64,000 nt of DNA, taken from contig NW_013657647.1 of assembly GCF_000142905.1 (NCBI RefSeq), positions 303,828-367,827 of the forward strand. The letters are read 5' to 3'. Shown piece after piece: positions 44,312-55,816 of this stretch. Position 1 is the stretch's first letter; each line of letters begins with the position of its first letter. Below the pieces are notes generated by a model. It was not told the origin of the DNA. It worked only from the letters and a program-made list of their open reading frames with translations, and did not search any database. This stretch comes from Thecamonas trahens ATCC 50062. Lineage: Eukaryota; Protista; Apusomonadida. The position numbers were made by a program, and so were the translations under genes.

Positions 44312-45111
44312 TCACACCTTTGGCCAGAGCGCGATCGAGAGCGCGCCGGCGCCGTAGGTGTACGACGGGCCGGAGACAACCTGCATGTTGGTCGTAACCA
44401 CCCCAGTGTCGTCTGCGTACGTGCCTGTCACCACGTTGATGGCGCCGGCGCCGGCGTACATGACCGCGTTGAACGGGACCTGTGCATCGATGCCATCCGC
44501 GCCCGGAATGGTGGTAAAGACCACGCCAAAGGCCGAGCCATCAGCCAACGTCGCGTTCACCACGCCCTCGAATGGCGCTGTCGTCGGCCCACTCTCCTCG
44601 TCGTGCTTGAGCGACGAGACGACGTTGAACGAGAACGTCCCCTGTCCCGTCGTGCCCGCCCGGTCTTGGAACGTGAGAGTTCCTGGAATGTCCACACATG
44701 TCTTTGATGACGACGATGAGCACGGGCCCGAGAAGGTGGCAAGGATCTGTTGTCGTCGCCCAGCCGCGCCCAGCCAGCCACCGACCCCGCCCAGTCCCCC
44801 AGCCCGCAGCCGCATCAGCCCCGCAGTCAGCCAGCCCGTAGCCGCATCAGCCCCCCTCCCTCCCGCATGCCCAGCATGAGTCTCATCGCCTCACCTTCCT
44901 CCGTACACCCTCTATCGCACCCGACCCCCCCCCCCCCCCTCCCCCCCCCTCCCGCATGCCCTCCATCACCACCGCAAGACGACCAAGCCAGAGCCCATGG
45001 ACAACATACAAAGAGCGGAACAGGTGGTGGCGGATCTGCAGCCGATGCGGCAAGAGGCATGGCGGTGAGGCAAACCGCAGCAAGAAGAACAAGGACGGTG
45101 AGTGGAGACAT
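44312..45111 (-). CDS. Small secreted beta-rich protein, complement(join(44312..44746,45010..45111)), 178 aa
   Basis: Signal peptide MSPLTVLVLLAAVCLTAMPLAASA; GTATGT..CAG intron in phase 0. Confidence 0.7.
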
Positions 45112-45265
45112 GATGACGAAAGGAATGGCGAGAAAGAGTCAGGTGTCCGTCCGCGACATACCGCTCTGCCCGGCTTTCGCTCTCTCGTTCGCCGTTCTCC
45201 TCGGCACCACCCTCACTACCTGGATGAGACACAGTGTTGTTTTGTACGGCTACACTCGCTCTCGT

Positions 45266-46532
45266 CTACGCGTAGTCCTCATCCTCCGGCGGCGGATCGT
45301 CGGCGTTGGCAGCGGCGGCACCAGAGCCAGCCCCCTCGCCGTTGCCACCACTCCCGGAAGCGCTCGAGCCCTCGCCTTCGGCCTGCTCCTTCTCGCGGAT
45401 GACCTCAAAGGCGGCAATGGCGGCAGCAACGTCGTCGCCCGAGAGGTGCTTGAGCGTGACGGCGCCGTCGACGCGGGTGAGGACGGCGAGCTCGACCTTT
45501 TCAGCATCCATCGTTGTCGCGTCCATGGCCTTGGACAGGACCCGGATGGCGAGCGTCTTGGCATCGTCGAGCGTCATCTCCTCCTCGTACTTTTGCTTCA
45601 GTGTCGACCGTGCATTCTGATAGTTGGACCCGATGGCCGTAGCCTTCCACCCGCCAAAGTTGCCCGACGGATCCGACTTGTACAGCTGGTAGCCGTGGAG
45701 CCGGTCCCAACCAGCGTAGAGGAACGAGACACCAAACGGCCGGAGGCCACCGTACTGCGTGTAGCCCTGCTTGAGGTCGCACACTTGCCGGACGAGCTGT
45801 TCCACCGGAATGTCCTTGCGGTAGGAGAAGAGGTACCGCTGGCCGACCTGCCGCGCGTAGTTGACCAGAATGTTGGCATCCGACGTCATGCCAGCCACTG
45901 CCACCGCAGTCTGCGCATCGATCCGGTACATCTTCTCCGCATTGACCGACGGCTCAAGGAGCGGCGAGGTGACCTTCTTCTCGGCCGCGAGGACAATGCC
46001 GTCCGACGTGAGGATGCCCACGCACGCACCGGCCTGGGAGATGGCCTCCATGGCATACTCCACCTGGTAAAGCCGACCTGAAATTAGAAGACATCATCCA
46101 CAACATCCCCATCACACCCCATAAGTCTAATTCCTTGCCCATGCCCCCCTCACAGCCCTTGCCCGTCCCCACGGCTTCCACCACCAAAAAAAGGTCGCCT
46201 TCGCCCACCGCCCGCGATCACCCGCCCACAGGTCGCCGTCACGCTCACCACGCTCTCTCTCTCCCTACAACTTCCCTACCCCTCCTACCCATTTCATACT
46301 AACCGCAAAACTCTCCTCTATAACCTCATCCCCATCTCCGTTCCAACACGTCGCCCCTGCTCAGCTTACCCTCCGGTGAGAAGATGGTTGTCCGCGAGTC
46401 GTACCGGCGAGCCTGTCCACCCAACACCGCCACCACACTGTGTGAGTCATAGACCTCCCTTCCCCCCCCCCTTCCCCCCTCCCTCTCCCCTCTCCTTCTC
46501 CTTCCCTCTCTCCCTCCCCTTGTCCGTACCAT
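45266..46532 (-). CDS. PSMA4: Proteasome subunit alpha type-4 (alpha3), complement(join(45266..46077,46370..46412,46530..46532))
   Basis: Spliced [59 protein letters not shown]. Confidence 0.97.
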
Positions 46533-46653
46533 GCTGCGCTGGGTTGACGAGTCGAGAGTACCGTCCTCGTCAGTCTTGGCCACTGTTGCTGGACGTCGGG
46601 GGTGAAGGCTCGCGCTTGGCTGGCCTGACCCGACTCATTCCTTCGTTTGGATG

Positions 46654-46761
46654 GTTAATCGTCACCTCTATCGATTACTGTTGTTGGACATTGTTAATCG
46701 TTACCTCCATCGATTACTGTTGTTGGACATCGTCAATCGTTCGATTGCTGTTGGTGGACAC
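46654..46761. repeat. ~39-bp imperfect repeat x3 (GTTAATCG..ATCGATTACTGTTGTTGGACAT) in a divergent promoter region
   Basis: Directly visible. Confidence 0.8.
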
Positions 46762-46869
46762 GCATGCCACCCGCATGTGCGACTTGTCGGCGAACCGCAC
46801 ACAAACACGCATGCACGCACACTCGGTGGAAGGGCAGACGACACGCAACTACGAGGAAAGAAGGCTTTG

Positions 46870-48548
46870 ATGGCGGACTACGGAGCACCACCTGCGTACT
46901 CGGCGACCGCTGAGAGTGGCAAAGGCGACGGTCGTGGAGAGCTGGCGTCTGCCTACCCGGCCATGCCCGAAACGATGCCGAGCGAGGGAGGACCGAGTCG
47001 TGACCAAGGTGGTGGCGGAGGGTATGGGACGGGATACAACCCTGCGATGGCGACGAATCAACAGGGCGGACACCAAGTTCAGTTTGCTGGTCAACCGTAT
47101 GGGGCATCGTACCAGCCTGCACCGGCATACAATCCCGTGTATGGGGAGGAGGAGCTCAAGGCGCTGGATATGGTCATGGCCAGCACGCCTACCAACCTCA
47201 TCTGCAGATGGCTCATGGTCCGCCGGCCAACATGGATCATCGGCAGATCCGTCCTCGTCGTGGGGTTTGTGGCTACCTTGGCGGCTGGCTTGCTGCCTTT
47301 CTCTGCTGTGCTGTCGCGCCGCTGGTCATCTTCTCCGTCTTCTCGGCAACGTACTCGAATGTCAACATGGGCATGTTCATCTGGATGCCGGCCACGGTCT
47401 TTGTTCTTGGCTTTCTCTCGCTCTGCGCCTTTCGCCGTCTCTCGCACGGCGTCCTTGCTCCGCCGCTTGTCGCGCTCCTCCTCCTTGCCCTCTTCACTCT
47501 CCAGTCGGCCATCTTTGTGGGTGTTGACTATCATCAGAAGTGCATCGAGTATGAGAACCTTGGTGGGCGGGCAACGCGGATGCTGTACGGGCCAGCATGC
47601 CCGTGGGGTGCAGTCATCTACTCTGGCCTGGCGGGCGTGGTTGGCTTTGTGGTCATCGGCTTTTGCATCTTTTGCTGCGGCTGGTCGTCGGGCAAGTCGC
47701 GCGAGCGCATGCTCGCCTACCGTGCGCTCTCGGGCGTCCCGGTCGGTCTCAGCTCGTTCCACACTCCATTCCCCAAGCTCAGTCTGCGGCGCAAGATCAT
47801 CAACGGCGTCCTCATCTTTGTCCTTGTCGCTGTCTTTGTTTCGGTCTTCTACTCGCTCACCTTTACCACCCACCCGTGGCTGGTCGTCGATTCCGAGGGC
47901 AACACCTTTGGCCCCGACAAGCCGCCCAAGGGCGTGACCACCTGCCCAGCCGGCGACATCTTCTACCACCAGCCGCACACCGCCGATTTGCCGTGCTGCC
48001 GCTGGCACAACAAGGCGACGTGCGTCGATGTCCACAAGCTTTACGCCTCGAACACACCGTCGGACCCCACGTGCGTGACCAATACCGGCGACAACGTGTT
48101 TATCAATGGTACTCTCGCCCCGTCGTGCAGCGTTTGCGATCTGAAGCCAGATGTCTGGCTCTTCTTTGACGATCCGCCCGGCTGCGACGGCGACGACGAC
48201 TGCACGTACCAGAACTCCAAGTGCAACAAGCTCTCGGGCCTCTACACCTGCTCGATGTTCTCAGGCGCCGCCGCAGAGTTCCTCGACTACGGCACCGCCT
48301 CGCAGCCCATCAACAAGCTCCGCATGTGCTCTTCCTTCTGCGACGAGTGGTGGACCGAGTGCCAACCGTTCATCAACAGCAACGACTACTCCTCGCCACG
48401 CGACTTTTGCACTGCCGTCGGCACCAACATCGAGATTGTGAGCAACTCGACAAAGTGCTTCTCTGCCGCCTCTACCCTTGGCTCCCCGTCGCGCCTCGCC
48501 CTCGCCGCCCTCGCCATCATCGTTGCCCTCTTTTCCATGCTCAGCTAA
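46870..48548 (+). CDS. Five-TM protein with folate-receptor-like Cys-rich domain and GPI-type C-terminus; -1 frameshift near 47290
   Basis: Pro/Tyr-rich N-terminus in ORF 46651 frame, TMs continue in ORF 47208 frame; LRMCSSFCDEWWTEC resembles FOLR LPLCKEDCEQWWEDC; hydrophobic tail. Confidence 0.7.
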
Positions 48549-48893
48549 AAATCACCACGCTTCCACACCCCTTCCCTTTCCCATCGTCAAGCTCCCTCGC
48601 ACCAGCCTCACCGCCATGCCGATGCAGCCCATCTCCAGAGCCAGCTCCACCGCCTGCGGCCACAGCTCTGCCCTCAGCGCACCGACCACCCGTTCTCCAT
48701 TTCGATCGAGTTACACATCAATCTCCCCTTTTGGTTTGATCTTCCTAAAGAGCTAACCAGGCGAGTGGAGGTTGCGATGCGGTGATGCGTAGAGTCGGCC
48801 ACTCCGCCCAGGGGATGACAGGGGAGGAGCGAGATACCGTGCGGTTGGCAGCTCTCTCCGCTTTCCTCCCCCTTGATCCAGTTTTGGGCCGAC

Positions 48894-50642
48894 ATGTCGG
48901 GCATGCGACGGCGGCGGGGGTCTGACGCCTCTGACGTTTCGTCGCTTCCAGAGACTGAAGAACAGGCCCGCTTGCGCCGTGCGCGGACGAGTGTATGTGC
49001 TCTCTATTGAGTTTGGGTGGTGTGCTGTATGTATGCCTGTCGGTAGCGGTCGAAACATGGTCTACCTCCCCCCCCCCCTCGTCCTCCTCCGCAGCTCAAA
49101 CCCAGCTCGTCCTCCTTGCGGGGGTTCGCACTCCTCCGCCATTGACTCACACGTCATCCATTGTCTGTTGATCATGGGTCTGGCCATTGCCATTTTCGGA
49201 TGGCCGGGGGAATACCTCATTCCATTGGACGAAACGAATACGGATTACACGCTCTGGTCTGTTGGTGCATCGGGCTGCTTCGCACGCGGGGGGGCGTGGG
49301 ACGACGCGGCGAACGATCGAATCGAACCTTGCGGTATGGTTGTCGTGTGGCGGGGTGGATGGAGGGAAATAGTCGGCGGTGTCCAAGGGCACGGGCGTGG
49401 TCCATACCAAGGTCATGGCATCGCCGCTGTCGTCGGACACGGCTTATGTGTACTCGTATCGTGGCTTCCGCAACTTGGCGCTCCTCATTCTGGTTGTGTC
49501 CAACCTGCGGCTGGTCATCGAGAACGTGACCAAGTACGGCCTGCTTGTGGACGTCTGGTCGATTCTTGTGGGCATTGCCACGCAGGACTTTTCGTCATGG
49601 CCGACGGCGTCGATGGCGATCGGACTCTCCGTCTTTATTGCAGCGGCATGGGTAATCGAGCTCCTTGCGTCGGGCTCGTGGCTCCCGTCGGGCGTGGCCA
49701 GCCTTGCTCATGCCGTCAACGTGGCGGCATCGCTTGCGATTCCGTGCCTGTGGATCTGGTACATTCCGTCGAACGAGGTTCTTGCGCTCATTCTTGTGCT
49801 CTCGGCCATCACGCTCTTCCTCAAGCTCTGGTCGTACGCAACGGTCAATGCGCGGGCGCGGGCACAGTTCCTGGAGCGTGGGCGCAAGCCGGTCTGTGCC
49901 ATCAGGCCAGGTTGCGTACCCGGCCAACGTCACGCCCCGCAACATAATCTGGTTTCTGGCGGCGCCGACGCTCTGCTACCAGATCAACTACCCGCAGACG
50001 GCGGGCATCCGACCAGGCTTTCTACTCCGGCGGACGGCCGAGTTTTTCTTTTTCTCGGGCCTCATCTTTATGCTCGCGCAGCAGTACATGGTGCCGACGG
50101 TGGCCAACACCATGGCGCCGCTGCAGGCGCACAACTACATCAAGGTGGCGGAGCGGCTGCTCAAGATTGCGGTGCCCAACTTTCTGATCTGGATCCTGGG
50201 CTTCTACACCTACTTTCACGTCTACCTGAACATCTGGGCTGAGGTCACGGCCTTTGGCGACCGGGTCTTCTACAAGGACTGGTGGAACTCGACAACGCTG
50301 TCGCGGTTTTGGCGGGCGTGGAACATCCCGGTCCACAACTGGCTGGTGCAGAACATCTACCTCCCGCTCCGTACCCTTGGCGCGTCCAAGCAGGTCGGCT
50401 ACGTCGCATGCTTCTTCTTCTCGGCTCTCCTCCACGAGCTCATCATCGATGTCGCCTTTCGCTCGCTCGGCTGGCTCGCCTTTGCTGGCATGATGCTCCA
50501 GATCCCATCGTGCCTCTTCACCGACCAGTTCGAGGGCACAACCCTCGGCAACGTCATCATGTGGCTCTCGCTCCTCCTCGGCCAGCCGCTCTGCATCCTC
50601 GGCTACTACGCCGCCATTGTCTCCAAGACGCAAGCATCGTAA
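48894..50642 (+). CDS. DGAT1: Diacylglycerol O-acyltransferase 1 (MBOAT), join(48894..48992,49373..50642) with +1 frameshift near 49880
   Basis: YRGFRNL..SNLRLVIEN..KYG, LKLWSY, YPANVT, APTLCYQ, ERLLK, FGDRVFYKDWWN, WNIPVH, SALLHE, GNVIMW..GQP. Confidence 0.93.
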
Positions 50643-50713
50643 CGTAAAACCGACACATTGTTGGCCCAAACCACGGCGGGCATCAGCCGTATCGGTTCGG
50701 GCCACACGCAGTC

Positions 50714-51346
50714 TCACACCTGCAACGAGTCGCCGTGCCGCGACGACATGAGCGACGGGACCGAGGCCATGTTGGGCATGGGAAGCATCCAGTTCAGGAT
50801 GTTGGACATGTGCTTGGTGATGGCCACCCGATGGGTCTCGGTTAGGAGCTCGGGCGAGAGAGAGACTCGCAGGAACTCGACCATTACCACGGCGAGCTGG
50901 TCCATGCTCTGGATGACCGAGTCGCCCAGCCCGGCATGGGTAGAGCCGATGGCCTCCAGCTCGGGCGCGATGAGACCAAACGAGGTCGCACCACGAACAG
51001 TGACATCAAAGACAACCGCAAAGGCATAGCCATGGTTCTTGGGCATCTCAGCCTCGATGGCCTCACTATCGGCAACGTACGCATCAAACGCATCCCCAAA
51101 ATGAGCAAGTGTGCCAAAGTGCAGCTTGATGATGGACCAGATCGAGTTGAGCGCCACAAGATCCGCATCCGACAGTTCCATCAAATCATTGCGGTTGTCA
51201 TTGACCACAGAGACAGAGGTCGAGAGACGGGATAGACTCCGCCGCGAGCTGTTGGCGTCATGTGTGGCCCTCCGCGACCGGTCGAACACCAGCCGTGCCG
51301 CTGTCGGCTCCTTTACCGCCCGCGACGTCGAGCCGGATGCACCCAT
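50714..51346 (-). CDS. Globin-like protein with N-myristoylation signal (210 aa)
   Basis: MGASGS; A helix LSDADLVALNSIW; E7-like His in NHG; F8 His in LEAIGSTHAGLG. Confidence 0.65.
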   Translation of the reverse strand: MGASGSTSRAVKEPTAARLVFDRSRRATHDANSSRRSLSRLSTSVSVVNDNRNDLMELSDADLVALNSIWSIIKLHFGTLAHFGDAFDAYVADSEAIEAEMPKNHGYAFAVVFDVTVRGATSFGLIAPELEAIGSTHAGLGDSVIQSMDQLAVVMVEFLRVSLSPELLTETHRVAITKHMSNILNWMLPMPNMASVPSLMSSRHGDSLQV

Positions 51347-51812
51347 TTCTCGTTTCTGTGTGAGGGAGAGCGGTGGGTGGGTGGGTGGGGTGGGTGCGGG
51401 TTGGCGGTGTTCTCGGGTGGGGTTGGGCAGGGAGCGGTGGACAAAACCCATTTGACAGGGGGACAATTTGGCAGTCAAACCAATAAAAGGCTCAGCCAAG
51501 CGCTCTATATTTGAATGCGTTCATCCTATGCTGAAAATACCCGATCCCGTCTCGCTCTCGGAAGTCAAGCAGCATGAGGCTTGGTTAGTACTGTGGTGGG
51601 GGACCACACGGGAATACCGAGTAACGCATTCTTTTTTATTTTTGCCCAAACACACACCCTCCTCGCAGCAGCCCTGGAGGCGAACGACACACGCTTCAGC
51701 CGCCCCATGGAGTGGGCCTATTCACGCTCTCTCCCTCCCACTCATCTCTTTCCCACTCATCTCTTTCGCAAGCTTGCATTTTTTGTTCCTGTTACTGAGG
51801 ATCACGCTATCG

Positions 51813-54800
51813 TCACCGCAGCGATGCGAGGAGATCGTCGGCTTCGGCCATGGCGGCGGCATCCGCAGGAGGCTTGGGCGGGCCTTGGGATGGGCGGGGC
51901 GGGGCAGGACGCAGCGGGGCAGCAGGGCGCGGTGGGGGGCCACCGGGACGCGGCGGGCCGGACGGGCGGGGAGGCGTCATAGGTCGGGTTGTGAGCGAGA
52001 TCTTGCGTGGGACGGCCGGCTTGGCAGCAGTGAGTGCCGCCAGCGACCGACCGCTGGATTTGGGCGCCGACTTGGACGGCCGCGGAGGCCCCGAGAGGTC
52101 TGCGAGCATATCATCGGCCTCAGCCAAGGTAGTAAGGCCAGGCTTGGGCGGACCAGACGATGTGGGCTTGGGTGGACCGGCGGCGCGGAGCGAGGCCATC
52201 AGGTCATCGGCCTCGGCCATGGTGGTCAAGCCTGGTGTGGGCGGACCTGCTGATGTGGGCTTGGGCGGACCGGCGGCGCGGAGCGAGGCCATCAGGTCAT
52301 CGGCCTCGGCCATGGTGGTCAGGCCTGGTGTGGGCGGACCTGCTGATGTGGGCTTGGGCGGACCGGCGCCGCGGAGCGAGGCCATCAGGTCGTCGGCCTC
52401 GGCCATGGTGGTCAGGCCTGGTGTGGGCGGACCTGCTGATGTGGGCTTGGGCGGACCGGCGCCACGGAGCGAGGCCATCAAGTCGTCGGCCTCGGCCATT
52501 GTGGTGAGGCCGGGATTCGGCGGGCCGGAGGACTTGGGCTTGGGCGGACCAGCGCCCCGGAGTGAGGCCATCAAGTTGTCGGCCTCAGCCATTGTGGTGA
52601 GGCCGGGATTCGGCGGGCCGGAAGACTTGGGCTTGGGCGGGCCAGCACCATGGAGCGATGCGAGCATATTGTCAGCTTCGGCCATAGTAGTGAGGCCGGG
52701 ATTCGGCGGGCCGGATGTCTTCCGCGGCGGCGGCGGCCCATGGGAGGCAGCTGCAGGCGGACGGGCGATTGAGGCCATGAGAGCATCAGTCTCCTCGAGG
52801 GCCTGGGCGACGACTGCACCAGGAAGTGGCGGGCCACGGGCTTCGGGACGCGGCGGGCCTACAAGGGTCTGCGACCGCGGAGGGCGGACGACGGCCGCAG
52901 CGGCCGGATCGTCTGCAGAAAACGAGGTTGGGCGGTCGATGCGCGAGCTGCCGCTTGACCCGGATGGGGTTATCATAGCAGCCTTCAGAAGCTCGTCATC
53001 TGATCCTAGAGCCGGCGGCGGACCAAGCGAGCTAAGCGCTGGCGGCGGGCCAAGTGAGCCGAGTGACGAGGGCGGGCTCGGCGTCCCTGACGCATCGCCT
53101 GTATTGAGCGCCATGCCGTTATCCGTCCGATTGACAATCGGCGGCGGCGGCTGGACCTCGGTCTTGGATGGCTTGTGCGTTGCCTTGGACTTTCTTCTCT
53201 TGGCGGTACTCGAAGACGAGGACGATGAAGACGACGAGCCCGAAGACGAGTCGGAGGACGAGTCGGAGCCCGAGGACGATGAGCTTGATCCCGATCCCGA
53301 TCCCGATACAGAGGCCGAGCTGGATGACGACGAGCCAGACGAGAGTGTACCTGACGCCGACTTGGGCTGCGACTTGGACTTGGACTTGGACTTAGACTTG
53401 GGAGAGGTAGCGGCAGCGGCGGGCGCGGCTGTGGTGCTTCGGCAGCAGTGGCGGCGGCGACTGCGGCAAGCGAGGCCTGTCGGGCAGCCTCGACCTGTGC
53501 GTGTGCGGCCTCTGCAGCGGCAGCAGCGGTGGGATCGGCCGAGTCGGAGAACGACTTGTGACGAGGGATGTGGATGACGGACGAGGGGAGGAGATGGTGG
53601 TCCGGGTCTGCGCCTGCGGTGCGAACAACGGCCCAGCCATCCTGGTTGTGAAAATGCGAATGACGTGGATGGCGGTGCCTGCAGCTAGGGAGAACGGCTT
53701 AGGAAAGGCCTTGGAGTCTTCGGAGAGGGCATAGTCAGTGGCGAGCGAGGCGTCAAAGCCAGCAGTGCGCGCAAAGGAGTGGGTGGCGGCACGCAAGGAG
53801 GTGAACGAGTCGTCCATGCTGGAGACGGCCGGGGCGAGGTAGATGCGGAGAGCGTGGAAGGTCGAGTAGACCTGGCTGGCGACCTTGACAATGTCCGAAC
53901 CAAACGAGGCGGCACGGGTGGCTTCAGCTTTGTCTGCGGCGCCGATTTGCGCAGGGTACATGGAGCGGACCTCTGCAGCGAGGGCGGCGACACGCTCTTC
54001 AGCTTCGGCCGCGGCGGTGATGTTCGACTTTGCACGGGCCTTGACAACCTTGTCATTCCATTTGACCTGGTCGCGCTGCGCCGAGCTCACGAGGGCAGAA
54101 ATGCGCTTGAGCACGGCCGTGGCCTTGCCGGTATGGCGCGAGAGCGGGCCGGAGGCGAGTTGGCCGAGCACAACCGAGGCGGCTTCGTAGTCCTCGGCAA
54201 CTTTGGCGAGGGCGGCGACGAGCTCAGCCCAGCCTCGAGAGTGCGACGAGTCCTCCTCGGTGGCGGCAAAGCCCGAGGAGTCTGCGGCGGCGGCGGCCTT
54301 GCGCAGCTTCTTCGAGTAGTCTGAAAAGTACGAGGCGAGTTTGGTGCCAATGTAGTGGAGGGCCTGCGACTCGCCGACGCCAGCTGTGAGGATGGCAATG
54401 GCGCGATCGATCTCGGTTGTCGGGTTGGCGCCGGCAGCGAGGGCGTCACGGAGCGCAGCCGGTGGAATGAGCTGTGGGGCGAGGCGAGTGAGGTCGGGGG
54501 CCTTGTTGAGAGCGGCGGCGGCCATCTCCAAGGTGGTGAGCAGCTTGCGAAAGAGCTGTAGGAGGAGTGACTTGCGCTTCATGTTCCATTTGTCAAACGA
54601 GTTGGTAATTTCTGCGCCTTCGACGACAAAGGCGTAGCGAAAGGCCATGACGTGAGCGCGGGTGGCTTCGGCGGCGGCCTCTGCGGTGGCAAGTGAGGCC
54701 TCGAGTTTGGCCTGCTTCTTGGTTGCCTTCTTCTTCTCCTTCTCTGAGCCCGATTCGACCAGCTGGCGATTGGCGAGCGCGGCGGTGGCCGACTTGCGCA

Positions 54801-55611
54801 ACGCGGCGTCGATCTTCTCCAGCGTATCCTCGAGCTTGCGCTTCTCCTTGGCTTGCTTTGCCACACGTTTGCTCAGCTGGGCGAGCTCGTCTGCCAGTTC
54901 GACCGACGAGTGGGCGAGGACAGTGACGACGTACTCTTCCATGGTACCCACTGAGCGAGCCATCTCCTCTGACGCTGCGGTCAGGTGCGACGAGAGGCCT
55001 GACCAAGCAGGTGAGACGGTGACACCGCGAACACCAGCGTTGACCAGAGCCTCTGCCCTCTCAGCTGTTCCCGCAACAGCCACTGTCGCCGCCTTTTCCA
55101 TCTTGCGATGCAGCTGCAATTGAACCTGATACACTTTGTCGAACAGGGCAGAGACGTCCGACAGCGCCTTGACTGTCTTCCGCCCGTCTGTCACCGCCAC
55201 CTCCAACTCATCCTGTGGTAGTGTTCCCCACCAGCAAGCGACATGACATGGCACATAGACATCATCATAGGCTGTACGTAAGTCGTAGCGGGAAGGGGTA
55301 CGGGGGAGGGGGGGGAGGGAGGGGGGTACGGGGGAGGGGGAAGGCGTGGCAGCGTTCGCAAAAATCAGGTTCTGCGACATGCAGCGGCAACGATAAAATG
55401 ACGTTAACATAATGGTGGTCAATTAAATGACAATAGGGTAATGGTTGGAAATGGCAAGAGAATGAGGTGGGCACGTGCGTTGGGTTGGCTGGTTGGTTGT
55501 AGGGAGTGGATGAGGGAGGGAGGGGGGAGGAGGAGGGGGAGGAGGGGGAGGAATATTGGGGCGTACCATGAGTCGGGTGCACCGACGTCTGAAGTCGATG
55601 GGCTCTTCCAT
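51813..55611 (-). CDS. Tandem F-BAR-like + SH3-like + Ser-rich + Pro/LD-like repeat protein; exon 55567..55611 then 51813..55212 with two -1 frameshifts (~53652, ~53435)
   Basis: GTACGC..CAG intron in phase 0. Two helical units each with an FCH-like start and an S..W..L motif. Restored frames give DGWAVV..LLPSSVI and link to ORF 51813..53114. Confidence 0.65.
52095..52715 (-). repeat. 93-bp coding tandem repeat x7 (GPPxPGLTTMAEADDLMASLRGAGPPKPxSx)
   Basis: Directly visible in DNA and translation. Confidence 0.95.
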
Positions 55612-55816
55612 GGTGGGGGGTGGAGTGGTGGTAGGGAGAGGTATGTGAGCGAGGGGTGGTGGCTGGTGGTGGAGTGGTGCGGCTGCAGAAGTGTTGGCCG
55701 TATTGAGAGCAACATTGGCTGGAGGGCTTCATCGTGGAGAAGCGGCTTTCGGGCCGAGAATGGTACTACAGATGATTCATTGCCAGTTGGATGTGGTTGA
55801 GGCTTGAGGTTGAATA

